Shown here: positions 1 through 9,308 of the stretch, in pieces | How the letters are laid out: every line of letters starts with the position of its first letter | Numbering within the stretch: the stretch's first letter is position 1 | NCBI GenBank assembly: GCA_964618725.1 | Contig: CAZUBK010000002.1 | Coordinates: 67,992 to 131,991 of the forward strand | Reading direction: 5' to 3' | Origin: an uncultured Pseudomonadales bacterium | Lineage (GTDB): Bacteria > Patescibacteriota > Microgenomatia > UBA1400 > Chazhemtobacteraceae | DNA: 64,000 bases | Made by a program: the position numbers and the translations under genes | Notes under the pieces: model-generated | Told to the model about the DNA's origin: nothing | The model's input: the letters and a program-made list of their open reading frames with translations, nothing else | Databases searched by the model: none

Positions 1-325
1 CACCCTCATCTTCGTAGGCAGCGCCTTTATCGACTAATTTCTTGGCATATTCTTGATAGAGAGGAAGTCGATCGGTCTGAATGTAGGGGCCGAAAGGACC
101 ACCTCTACGTGGATCTTCGTCTGGGATTAAACCTAAAAAGTCATGGATCTGATATATCTTCTCAAGAGAATCGAGGACGAGTCGCTTTTGGTCGGTATCT
201 TCGATGCGCAAGATGAACTGACCCCCATACTTCTTGGCGAGGAGATAATCGTACAAAGCGGTACGAGAGTTGCCAATATGAGGAACTCCAGTAGGTGAGG
301 GAGCGTAACGGGTTCGAACGATCAT
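1..325 (-). CDS. gltX: glutamyl-tRNA synthetase, 5' part only (the C-terminal part lies beyond the window start)
   Basis: Reverse-strand translation from the ATG at 325..323 gives MIVRTRYAPSPTGVPHIGNSRTALYDYLLAKKYGGQFILRIEDTDQKR, which carries the class I HIGH-region signature of GluRS. The frame stays open to position 1. Confidence 0.8.
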   Translation of the reverse strand, partial: MIVRTRYAPSPTGVPHIGNSRTALYDYLLAKKYGGQFILRIEDTDQKRLVLDSLEKIYQIHDFLGLIPDEDPRRGGPFGPYIQTDRLPLYQEYAKKLVDKGAAYEDEG

Positions 326-479
326 GGGCGTATTATACGATACAGACAGACCAAGTTTGGGTATAAAAGCTTGCTCATCCTTACTTACAATAATTTGTAT
401 TATTGTAATGTCGTCTTGCGCTTCCTCTTATATCTACTCACATAGTGGCTTCGCACTATATGCTTGATATAATACAGTA

Positions 480-1556
480 ATGTCATCGTTGACGGAAACA
501 GCATATGTCGCAAGACGAGCAATTAGGTACGGCTCGGTCGGCTTAATCACACTAACTATCCTATGGTTTGTGGGGACGGGGGCGATAAATTGGTGGAAGG
601 CAACTCACCCGGAACCGCCACCACCACCGACGGTTGATTTCGGTCCATTACCTGCAATTGTCTTTCCAGAAAAGAAGATAACGGTAAGCGAGTTTCAGTT
701 ACAGACGCCAACTGGAAGCTTAGGTCGATTCAGTGACCGAGCATTGGTTTTTTATGCTCCAGCGAAACAAAGTGGCTTTTTGGATCCTGATAGGGCAATC
801 GAGCTAGCACGACGATTGAACTTTTTATTTGAGCCGATCCAGTTGTCGGAGACACTGTACCGCTGGACAAAACCTGATCCTATTCCAACGAGCCTAGAGG
901 TGAGTATTGTAACGGGACACTACAAATACAGAAAACAGTGGCAGGCAGACCCCTCGTTGGCGATAAACAAGGTCTTCGTTAGTGAAAGGCAGACGATTAT
1001 GGATGCACTGTCCTTTCTGCGATCTTTAGCTCAACAACAAGAAGATATAGTCGGGTACGAAAAAGTTAGTTTCTTACGGGTACAGGGGGATCAGTTGGTA
1101 CCAGCTATATCTTTATCAGAGGGAGATTTTGTCGAAGTCAATTTCTTTAGGCGGCCATATGAGGTCTTGGGGCCAAAGAAAGAAGTATTAAGCAGTTTTC
1201 CGTTCTACACGGCGGATCCCAAAAATGGCTTGATCACGATTATGGTGTCGGGGTCGATGGAGGATCAAAAGAAGGTAATAGAGACAGACTACAAATATGT
1301 ACCGATTCAGTACGATGTAAGTGGCGAGTATCCGATTAAATCAGTGGAGTTGGCTTTTGAAGAGTTAAAATCGGGAAGTGGTCATATCGCTTCGTTTTTG
1401 GGAAGTGGACCTGCAGTCATTAGAAGAGTAAACTTGGGATACTATGATGCACCAACGGATCAAAAATATGCTATGCCAATTTATGTATTTACCGGAGACC
1501 AAGAGTTCACGGCCTATGTTTCAGCCGTAGACGAGGATCAGATAATAAAGAAATGA
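480..1556 (+). CDS. hypothetical membrane-anchored protein (N-terminal TM helix, PPPPP linker, about 300 aa extracytoplasmic domain)
   Basis: Long ORF in the supplied track. TATAAT at 468..473 sits 6 nt before the ATG. No family recognised. Confidence 0.6.
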   Translation: MSSLTETAYVARRAIRYGSVGLITLTILWFVGTGAINWWKATHPEPPPPPTVDFGPLPAIVFPEKKITVSEFQLQTPTGSLGRFSDRALVFYAPAKQSGFLDPDRAIELARRLNFLFEPIQLSETLYRWTKPDPIPTSLEVSIVTGHYKYRKQWQADPSLAINKVFVSERQTIMDALSFLRSLAQQQEDIVGYEKVSFLRVQGDQLVPAISLSEGDFVEVNFFRRPYEVLGPKKEVLSSFPFYTADPKNGLITIMVSGSMEDQKKVIETDYKYVPIQYDVSGEYPIKSVELAFEELKSGSGHIASFLGSGPAVIRRVNLGYYDAPTDQKYAMPIYVFTGDQEFTAYVSAVDEDQIIKK

Positions 1557-1801
1557 TTAAAGAACGGTACGCTTATTTCGCCTATCTTGACAGCAATTCG
1601 ACAACGGTAGAGCGAGTGATTGAGGTGGAGTGGATAGATCTTGAAGAGAACAAAAGCTTTGGAACAATGCTTGTGCCTGGAAATGACTTCTGGGGCAAGA
1701 CTCGGGAAGAGTTGTGGCAAGAGTTTGAGAAGTGGTCGAAGGAAAAATTAGAGAACGGTCCAGATATGATTGCTGTAGACCCAATCGATGAGAGTCTTTG
1801 A
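1553..1801 (+). CDS. hypothetical small acidic protein, translationally coupled to the 480..1556 gene
   Basis: ATGA start/stop overlap with the upstream gene. Non-repetitive charged sequence. Its 3' end overlaps the convergent dac-like gene by about 50 nt. Confidence 0.45.
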   Translation: MIKERYAYFAYLDSNSTTVERVIEVEWIDLEENKSFGTMLVPGNDFWGKTREELWQEFEKWSKEKLENGPDMIAVDPIDESL

Positions 1802-2713
1802 TTCACCAAAGCGATCAGTAGAGTTAAGTAAGACAATAATCAGGGGGTGTCCCTGTCTCTCAACATAAGTAATGAGACACTCACCGGCGTTTTCTGTCCA
1901 ACCGGTTTTGAAACCCTTGACCCCTTCTACCTGGTCGAGGAGCTCGTTGGTTGAATTCAGTTGATACTTATTTTGGGTATTCTTGGCAGCAATGACGGCC
2001 TTCTTGGTTGAGACGATTTCTCGGATGAGATCAGATTTAAGGGCTTCTTTGGTGAGTATAGCGAGATCCCTGACAGTAGTCCTATGGTCGAGTGACTCAA
2101 TGCCGGAGACATTACTAAACGAAGTGTTACGAAGATTAAGGCCTTGAGCTTTCTGATTCATGGCAGCGACAAAACCAGCGTAGCCCTCCGGGAAGTTCTC
2201 GGCCAAGGTCACAGCCGCGTCATTGGCAGAAGCAACCAATAAGCCAAATAGTAGATCACGAACAGTTAATTGATCGCCTTGGTGCAACTTAATGGTATTA
2301 CCTGTGGCGTCGTTAGCAGTTTTAACGGTAAGCAGTTGATCAAGGGAATAAGCGTCAAGGGCGACTAAAGCGGTCATTATTTTTGTCGTTGAAGCGGGAT
2401 GAAGACGAATATCAGGATTCTTCTCAAAGAGAATAGTAGAGGAGTTGCTATCGAGAATGAAAACGGATTGGGCAGTCAATTCTGGATAGTCCTGACCGAT
2501 AAAGGTAGGAACGTCGATTGGAGGGAAAATTGGTGACACTGTTGATCTAGTTCCGGAACTCAACTGGTAAGTTTGATAAAAATTTTGGCCGGGATACAGA
2601 AAGAGGAGGAAGAGAAGAAGAAAGAAAGAGACGAATTGGAAATAGGTGAAGCGTTTGCGGAAAGACCACAAGAAATAAGACTGAAGACTATTGATCCGGG
2701 CAAGTGGAGACAT
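1748..2713 (-). CDS. D-alanyl-D-alanine carboxypeptidase (serine peptidase S11 / PBP5-6 family), membrane-anchored
   Basis: SxxK motif (ASTTKIMT), SxN motif (FSNVSG) and KTG motif (KTGWT). N-terminal TM segment. Confidence 0.8.
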   Translation of the reverse strand: MSPLARINSLQSYFLWSFRKRFTYFQFVSFFLLLFLLFLYPGQNFYQTYQLSSGTRSTVSPIFPPIDVPTFIGQDYPELTAQSVFILDSNSSTILFEKNPDIRLHPASTTKIMTALVALDAYSLDQLLTVKTANDATGNTIKLHQGDQLTVRDLLFGLLVASANDAAVTLAENFPEGYAGFVAAMNQKAQGLNLRNTSFSNVSGIESLDHRTTVRDLAILTKEALKSDLIREIVSTKKAVIAAKNTQNKYQLNSTNELLDQVEGVKGFKTGWTENAGECLITYVERQGHPLIIVLLNSTDRFGESKTLIDWVYSNHIWTVL

Positions 2714-4122
2714 TAGCTGATTACTTTAATATGAAGTTCTTTGAGTTGTTCTTGAGTAGCTGGACTTGGGGCATTCATTACTGATGTTTGTCCGGAAGAA
2801 GAAGTCGGAAAGGCAATGACTTCACGAATGCTTGGCTCACCAAGGAGGGCCATAACAAGGCGGTCTATTCCCGGGGCAATCCCGCCATGGGGGGGCACTC
2901 CAAAAGAGAAAGCGGTTAACATGTGTTCGAATTGTTGCTTTTGCACATCCGAGAAACCAATCAGGTCGAAGACTTTCTCCTGGATTTCTGATTGATGGAT
3001 TCTGATGCTACCTCCACCTACTTCAAATCCATTTAGAACTAGGTCGTGCTGAAGCCCCCTAACTTTGGTTGGATCTGTTTCTAACAGAGGGATATCATCG
3101 GGATGTGGTGAAGTAAACATATGATGAGATGGTGCAAATTTGGCTTGACCTGAGCCGTGATAAAAGTCATCCTTTGACTGCTGTGTGAAAAGAGGGAAAT
3201 CAATGGTCCAGGCAAAGGCAAGCTCATTTGGGTCGTCTTTGTCCTTTCGTAAATCTGGTTTGTCCGTGCCGTATTTGGCGATTGCTTCTTTATGAGGGAT
3301 GCGGGGCCAAGGTGATTGAGAGATATATTTCTCTGGGAAGATTGCCTTGACCATTTCGATGAACATCTTTTCAGTTAGTTGGAGAATATCTTCTTGGGTA
3401 ACAAACGACATCTCCAGATCTAGTTGCGTAAATTCACCATATGCTCGATCAGCTCGCGGATCTTCATCCCGGAAACAGCGAGGAAACTGGAAGTATCTTT
3501 CTAAACCGGCGACCATAAGGAGTTGCTTGTATTGCTGTGGACTTTGAGGGAGAGCGTAAAAATTGCCAGGCTGAAGTCGAGAAGGAACCAAGAAGTCGCG
3601 GGCACCCTCAGGGGTTGTCTTGGTAAGAATTGGAGTTTCCACCTCAATAAAGTCTTGTGCTGAAAGCCAGTTGCGGATGAAGTGTTTTACTTTGGCTTGG
3701 TAGCGGAGATTTCTGTTCATTCGCTGACGGCGAAGGTCAAGATAGCGATATTTTAGACGGACAACTTCATCGATTTCGTAACCGTCAGTATCTAGTGGCA
3801 AGGGCAATTCTTTAGCATGAGAAATGACTCTGGCGTTTCTTGCTTCAATCTCAACCTGACCTGTTTCCAAATTAGCATTTATCAAATTCTTTGGTCGGAT
3901 CTTGACGATCCCCTCTATTTCGACGACAGATTCAGGCTTAAGAGCAAAGAGAATATTAGTACCAACAATTTGAATTAGTCCGGTCCGGTCGCGGAGATCG
4001 ATAAAAATGATTTTACCGTGGTCTCGACGGGTATTGACCCAACCTTTGAGGAGGACGGTTTCACCGACTTTGTTAACAGTGTCTCTAATAAGTGTTCTTT
4101 CCATGTTTGAATTATATCCCAT
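2713..4122 (-). CDS. aspS: aspartyl-tRNA synthetase, short form lacking the GAD insertion domain
   Basis: Class II motifs FRDEDPRADR and GGGSIRIH, and GIDRLVMAL. The QSPQQYKQLLM and HHMFTSP hinge motifs are present. Only about 135 aa separate motif 2 from motif 3. Confidence 0.9.
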   Translation of the reverse strand: MGYNSNMERTLIRDTVNKVGETVLLKGWVNTRRDHGKIIFIDLRDRTGLIQIVGTNILFALKPESVVEIEGIVKIRPKNLINANLETGQVEIEARNARVISHAKELPLPLDTDGYEIDEVVRLKYRYLDLRRQRMNRNLRYQAKVKHFIRNWLSAQDFIEVETPILTKTTPEGARDFLVPSRLQPGNFYALPQSPQQYKQLLMVAGLERYFQFPRCFRDEDPRADRAYGEFTQLDLEMSFVTQEDILQLTEKMFIEMVKAIFPEKYISQSPWPRIPHKEAIAKYGTDKPDLRKDKDDPNELAFAWTIDFPLFTQQSKDDFYHGSGQAKFAPSHHMFTSPHPDDIPLLETDPTKVRGLQHDLVLNGFEVGGGSIRIHQSEIQEKVFDLIGFSDVQKQQFEHMLTAFSFGVPPHGGIAPGIDRLVMALLGEPSIREVIAFPTSSSGQTSVMNAPSPATQEQLKELHIKVIS

Positions 4123-4142
4123 TATGAGCTTGCTTATGATGA

Positions 4143-5621
4143 CTAATTGCCGCTTTCTTGCAACTGGCGAATTTTGGCTTTGGCTTTTTGAGTCTTAATA
4201 AATCGGACCCAGTCTTTACTTGGCTTTTTGGGGTGTTTGCTTTTGATAATTTCAATAACGTCGCCGCTTTTGAGCTGGTAGCTGAGAGAGGCTATCTTAC
4301 TGTTGACTTTGGCTGCCTGGATGAATTTACCTAAATCGGTATGGACGGCGAAAGCATAGTCTATCGGAGTTGCCCCTGCAGGAAGATCATAGACGTCACC
4401 TTTAGGGGAGAAGACATAGATACGAGAAGAGAGGGCGTCAAGTTTTAGGCTATCGACAAACTCTTCGCTAGTTTGCAAATCCGCTTGCCAAGAGGCGAGC
4501 TGCTTGACCCAGGCCATTTTTTGACTTGGATCGACTTTGACTCCTTTTTCTAGTGTGGAGTCACTCACTCCCTTGGTCTTGGCTTCGGAGTAGGCAAAGT
4601 GGGCAGCGGCACCATATTCGGCTTGTTGGTGCATTTGCTCACTGCGGATTTGGATTTCGATGATGCGACCGGTTTTCTCGAAAATCTTAGTGTGGATTGA
4701 TTGGTAGCCGTTGGGTTTGGGTTGGGCGATGAAGTCGCTGACACCAAGATGGGGAACGGGTTTCCAGTGAGTATGAATGATGCCCAAAGCGGAGTAACAA
4801 TGGAGTTTACTGTCAGTGATGATGCGCAAAGCAATGAGATCGTGGATCTTTTTTATGTCTTTGTTAATCTCAGGACGGAGAAGTTTTTTGTAGAGACTAT
4901 ACTTGTGTTTATGCCGGCCATGAACTTGAGCGGGGATATTGTTCTCTGTAAGTTTGGCTTTTACTTGACGAATGAGGCTTTGGGTCACTTCTTCGGCTTT
5001 GTGGAAGTGAGGCAAGGAAAGATGCGTCACCCACTGGTATTGCTTGGGATATGCGTAAGCAAAGGCGAGATCTTCGAGTTGACCCTTGAGGAAACCCATT
5101 CCGAGACGTTCGGCAAGAGGGGAATAGATCTCGAGTGTCTCCAAGGCAATACGACGTTGTTTAGAAAGTGGGACAGCGTCAAGGGTCTGCATATTGTGAA
5201 GACGATCAGCGAGACGAATGAGAACCACGCGAATGTCTTTGGCCATAGAAACGAACATCTTACGTAAATTCTCAACAAAGATATGGTCAGTACTGCCCCG
5301 AAGGCGGACACTACCCACCTTGGTAACACCATCAACAAGAAAGGCAACATCTTCGCCGAATTTTTCTCTGAGCTGTTCGAGGGTGACGTCGGTATCTTCA
5401 ACGGTATCATGAAGAAGTGCGGCTTCAAGGACGGTTTGGCCTTGACCCCAACTGGCGAGGATACGAGCGACTTGGAGAGGATGTTCTATATACTTTTCCC
5501 CGGAGTAGCGGAGCTGCCCCTCATGGGCATTAGCAGCAAATTGAAAAACATCCTCAAGACGCTTTAGATCAAGATTAACTTTGTTCTTTTGAGCGGTGGT
5601 GATTAATTTACTAAATGACAT
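4143..5621 (-). CDS. (p)ppGpp synthetase/hydrolase of the RelA/SpoT family (HD, synthetase and TGS domains; no ACT domain)
   Basis: HD motif HPLQVARIL...LLHDTVEDT. Synthetase-domain block LIALRIITD...YQSIHTKIF...IQIRSEQMH. TGS block IYVFSPKGDVYDLPAGATPIDYAFAVH. Confidence 0.9.
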   Translation of the reverse strand: MSFSKLITTAQKNKVNLDLKRLEDVFQFAANAHEGQLRYSGEKYIEHPLQVARILASWGQGQTVLEAALLHDTVEDTDVTLEQLREKFGEDVAFLVDGVTKVGSVRLRGSTDHIFVENLRKMFVSMAKDIRVVLIRLADRLHNMQTLDAVPLSKQRRIALETLEIYSPLAERLGMGFLKGQLEDLAFAYAYPKQYQWVTHLSLPHFHKAEEVTQSLIRQVKAKLTENNIPAQVHGRHKHKYSLYKKLLRPEINKDIKKIHDLIALRIITDSKLHCYSALGIIHTHWKPVPHLGVSDFIAQPKPNGYQSIHTKIFEKTGRIIEIQIRSEQMHQQAEYGAAAHFAYSEAKTKGVSDSTLEKGVKVDPSQKMAWVKQLASWQADLQTSEEFVDSLKLDALSSRIYVFSPKGDVYDLPAGATPIDYAFAVHTDLGKFIQAAKVNSKIASLSYQLKSGDVIEIIKSKHPKKPSKDWVRFIKTQKAKAKIRQLQESGN

Positions 5622-5641
5622 GGGTGTATTTTACCCCATGG

Positions 5642-7288
5642 TCACAGTAGAGGGGACAGAATGATATCCTTGACGAGGAGTTGGGGACTTATTTTGTCCC
5701 GAAAAACATTTTTTTGAAAATTAAAGGCAAGCTTAATGGTGGAGTTTAGAGATATTTGATTGCTTAAGCGGCCTTGGTTGAAGGCGATGATATCAAGACC
5801 ATTAAAGGGATACTTAGCGAGAATTTTCAGATGGGCTTGGTTTTTGCCAAGTAGCTTGGTCGAAGAAATGGGTAGCGTAACGCTAAAGACTGGCTCTTCA
5901 TTACCCATGCCAAATGGGGCAAGACGTTCCAAAGAGCTAAGTAAATTCATGGTGAGATCTTCCGGGACTAGTTCAATGTCTATGTCTAGTTTTTTGACCA
6001 GAAGAGAGTCATCTATCGTCTCGGATTGTTCGGAAAGGAAAGATTGAATCTTTTTAAGATTTTGGGGGTTAAAGGAGAGACCGGCAGCTTGGTGATGACC
6101 ACCGACGCTGAGAAAATGTTGCTGCCCTTTTTTCAGAAATTCGGTGATATCAAGGCCGGGAACACTCCTGGCCGAAGCCTTGCCCACACTAGGAGAAAGG
6201 GTGGCAACAACGGCGGGACGATGGAAGTGATCAACTAGTTTACTGGCAATTAGACCAATGATTCCTTCATGGAGGTGCTTGTCGGCGTAAAAAATAACTT
6301 TAGGTAATGGATCAAGTGACGAAAAGTATTCGATTGCATTCTTAGCGGCGTTGCTAGTGAGAAATTGCCTATCTTGATTGACGGTGGAAAGAAGGTAAGC
6401 CGTGACGGAGGCATGGACAGGATCATTGGTAGTTAAAAGAGAGAGGGCGTCTTTGGCATGACCGAGACGGCCGACCGCATTGATTCTGGGTCCGAGAATA
6501 AAGCCTAGATGATAGGTAGAGATGGTTTTGGGATCTAAACCATTCATCTCAAAAAGAGCATTAAGACCGGGATGCTTAGTACTATGAAGTTGACTCAAGC
6601 CATGCTTAACAAGAGAGCGATTGAGGCCGGTGAGGGGGAGAAGATCACAGACGGTGGCCAAACTAGCTAGTTCCAGTGACAAACGGCGATTCAGAAGGAT
6701 GGAGCCTAAGAGCCAGGCAATTCCTGATCCAGAGAGAAGGGTGGTATGAACAATGAAATTAGCCTCCGGGAGGTTAGGTGGCAATTGATGATGATCGGTA
6801 ATAATGATGTCTATGTTTTGAGAACGAAGTAGTTTGACGGCGTCGACTGCGCTAATACCGTTATCAACAGTGATGACCAAGGGATTCTCTTTTGCTTTTA
6901 GAGCGTCCTCTAAACCTTTGGTGCTTAAACCATAACCATGATTGACTCGATGAGGAATGAAGACAGCGACGTCGGCACCCAACTCTTTGAGCGTACTATA
7001 GAGAATGGCGGAGGCACAAACTCCGTCACAATCATAATCTCCATAGATGATAATTGGCTTGTTCTTCTGAATGATCGCTTTTATGTACTCGACGGCGCCT
7101 GAGAGTTGTTCTTGGTCTAGGTCGACGAGAAGCTGAAAGAGTCTCTCTCTGGTGGGCAGGGGAGGATTGAGAAAATCGGTAAGCGCCGCTTTATCAATTT
7201 CGCGGTTGGCGAGAAGAACTTCAATAATTTCTTCCAGTCGGTCCTCTTGGCTTTTTTTAGATAGTTTGCCTTTGATGTTCCAGTGCAT
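5642..7288 (-). CDS. recJ: single-stranded-DNA-specific exonuclease RecJ
   Basis: DHH-family motifs IIYGDYDCDGVCASAIL, ITVDNG and IIITDHHQ. Confidence 0.9.
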   Translation of the reverse strand: MHWNIKGKLSKKSQEDRLEEIIEVLLANREIDKAALTDFLNPPLPTRERLFQLLVDLDQEQLSGAVEYIKAIIQKNKPIIIYGDYDCDGVCASAILYSTLKELGADVAVFIPHRVNHGYGLSTKGLEDALKAKENPLVITVDNGISAVDAVKLLRSQNIDIIITDHHQLPPNLPEANFIVHTTLLSGSGIAWLLGSILLNRRLSLELASLATVCDLLPLTGLNRSLVKHGLSQLHSTKHPGLNALFEMNGLDPKTISTYHLGFILGPRINAVGRLGHAKDALSLLTTNDPVHASVTAYLLSTVNQDRQFLTSNAAKNAIEYFSSLDPLPKVIFYADKHLHEGIIGLIASKLVDHFHRPAVVATLSPSVGKASARSVPGLDITEFLKKGQQHFLSVGGHHQAAGLSFNPQNLKKIQSFLSEQSETIDDSLLVKKLDIDIELVPEDLTMNLLSSLERLAPFGMGNEEPVFSVTLPISSTKLLGKNQAHLKILAKYPFNGLDIIAFNQGRLSNQISLNSTIKLAFNFQKNVFRDKISPQLLVKDIILSPLL

Positions 7289-7440
7289 GTTTAGACTAGT
7301 TGTGGTTGTAAGAGCTTGCTCGCTACAAAAGAATAACTTCGTTATTTTTCTTTTTTCGCTGTGCTTGCCTCTTATATCCCGACGTTAGTGGTCCTCGCTT
7401 CGTTTTGGTTCCACTACTGACCGGGATATATAATACTAAT

Positions 7441-9003
7441 ATGGTTCGAAGACAGCTTACTAGAGATGAGGAAAACTTGCTACCAATACCAACGCGAGAT
7501 ATTTTTGTTCGTTTCTTGAAAGCAGACAAGGAGATCTATTTAGTGGGAGCTGGAGTGCGAGCCGTGCTGAAAGGGGAAGTGCCGAAAGATAGCGACTTTA
7601 CGACGAACGCGAGACCGGACGAAATTAAAGAAATTACTGCAGATCTAGATCCATTTTATGACAATATCTTTGGAACAGTGGGCATGGAGGTATTGGTGGA
7701 AGGAAAAAAAGAGATATACGAGATCACAACGTACAGAACGGAGAGAGGGTACACCGATACGAGACGACCAGACGAAGTAAGTTGGGGGGATAGTTTGGAA
7801 GAGGATCTAAACAGGCGGGACTTCACGATGAATGCGGTGGTGATCGGGCCACGTAAAACGTGGCAAGCCGAAATGTCGCAAGTCAAAACGTGGCAAGCCA
7901 ATGGAGAACGAGTCTTAGAAACGCGACAAGGCATAGAGTACGAACTAACGGACTATTTTGGCGGACTGGATGACTTTGGAAGGGGGATAATAAGGACGGT
8001 TGGAGAAGCAAAGAAGCGGTTCTCGGAAGACGCACTGCGAATGATGCGGGCGATCAGGTTCGCCGCACAATTAGGATTTATTATTGAAGAGAAAACGCTT
8101 GAGGGACTAAAAGAGAATGCGGCGCTGCTGCAAAAGATCAGTCGTGAACGAGTTAGGGATGAGTTGATGAAAATACTGAAGAGTAGCTATCCGGCGGACG
8201 GGATACATTTGTTAATGACGACGGGACTAATGGAGTTCATCATCCCCGAGGTCTTAGAAGCAAAGGATGTGGCCCAGACGGGACATCACGTTTTGGATGT
8301 CTATTCGCATATGCTTGAGTCGCTGCGGGGGTGTCCGAGTAGTGATCCGGTAGTTCGGTTGGCGACTTTGTTACATGATGTGGGTAAGCCAAAAACAAGA
8401 AGACTTAGATGCCTTAAGTGCGGATGGGTAATGAAAGAGAAAGACAGAATTGAAGAAGGCGAAACGGCGGTGATGACACGGTACAGGTGTCCGCGATGCG
8501 AAACAGTTCAGAGTGAACATCAGGCGGGAACATTTTACGGACACGAAGTGGTGGGAGCTAGGATGGTTGAGGAAATTGCTGAGAGACTCAAATTCTCAAA
8601 GAAAGAAAAAGAAAAAATGGTGACCTTGGTGCGTTGGCACATGTTCTCTTACAATCCGGAGATGACAGATGCTTCGATTAGACGATTCATTAAGCGGGTG
8701 GGAAAAGAGAACATCAATGACATGATGCTGCTTCGAGTTGGAGACAGAAAGGGAGGTGGAAGCAAGACAACAAGCTGGAGACTGCAGGAGCTACAGCGAC
8801 GAATTGGGGAACAGTTGTTTGAGCCGATGACAATAATTGATTTGGTAATCAAGGGAACGGATGTGATGGAGATATTGAAGATCAAGCCAAGCCGAAAGGT
8901 GGGAGAGATCCTAAATGCTTTGTTTGAAGAAGTAATCGAGGACACGAGTAAAAATTCTAGGGAGTATTTAATAAGGAGGGTAGAAGAATTGGGTGTACAA
9001 TAA
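7441..9003 (+). CDS. cca: CCA-adding tRNA nucleotidyltransferase with HD domain and an inserted CxxC...CxxC zinc ribbon
   Basis: PolyA-polymerase head motif LVGAGVRAVL...DSDFTT. HD motif LLHDVGKP followed by FYGHEVVG. The ORF track starts at TTG 7405, but TGaTATAAT at 7429..7434 lies inside that extension, so ATG 7441 is the likelier start. Confidence 0.8.
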   Translation: MVRRQLTRDEENLLPIPTRDIFVRFLKADKEIYLVGAGVRAVLKGEVPKDSDFTTNARPDEIKEITADLDPFYDNIFGTVGMEVLVEGKKEIYEITTYRTERGYTDTRRPDEVSWGDSLEEDLNRRDFTMNAVVIGPRKTWQAEMSQVKTWQANGERVLETRQGIEYELTDYFGGLDDFGRGIIRTVGEAKKRFSEDALRMMRAIRFAAQLGFIIEEKTLEGLKENAALLQKISRERVRDELMKILKSSYPADGIHLLMTTGLMEFIIPEVLEAKDVAQTGHHVLDVYSHMLESLRGCPSSDPVVRLATLLHDVGKPKTRRLRCLKCGWVMKEKDRIEEGETAVMTRYRCPRCETVQSEHQAGTFYGHEVVGARMVEEIAERLKFSKKEKEKMVTLVRWHMFSYNPEMTDASIRRFIKRVGKENINDMMLLRVGDRKGGGSKTTSWRLQELQRRIGEQLFEPMTIIDLVIKGTDVMEILKIKPSRKVGEILNALFEEVIEDTSKNSREYLIRRVEELGVQ

Positions 9004-9031
9004 AGGGAACACTTTGATAAGGAGTTTTTCA

Positions 9032-9214
9032 GTGAAAGGTAAGATCTTGCGATTGATCATTGAAAGCACCATTACCTTTCTGGCCGCCGTGGTGGCGATT
9101 GCAATTACAGTAGCTCTTGGAGTTTCTCGATTGGTAACAGATGTGACAATGCTAGTTGTGATTGCGATTGTTTTGTTCTTCTTGATTGACCCGCTAGATC
9201 TGCGGGCAAGATAA
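9032..9214 (+). CDS. hypothetical small membrane protein (2 TM)
   Basis: GTG start preceded by AAGGAG with a 7-nt spacer. Followed by an intrinsic terminator at 9253..9281. The ORF track gives a longer form from 8993. Confidence 0.35.
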   Translation: MKGKILRLIIESTITFLAAVVAIAITVALGVSRLVTDVTMLVVIAIVLFFLIDPLDLRAR

Positions 9215-9252
9215 AAAAGTTTTGGATTGAATGAATAGCTATTGCAAGAAAG

Positions 9253-9281
9253 AGCCCCGTTGATGCGGGGCTTTTGTGTTT
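9253..9281 (+). terminator. intrinsic terminator (hairpin agccccg-ttgat-cggggct plus T-tract), probably bidirectional
   Basis: GC-rich stem followed by TTTTGTGTTTT. Lies between convergent genes. Confidence 0.6.
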
Positions 9282-9308
9282 TGACGGATAGTAAGATTCT
9301 AGCTGATC

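Noticed and set aside
7405-7440. TTG-initiated extension of the cca ORF, and likewise 27928..27990 for paralog B
   Set aside because: The extensions contain the TGnTATAAT -10 elements, so the promoter lies inside them. Downstream ATG starts are preferred.
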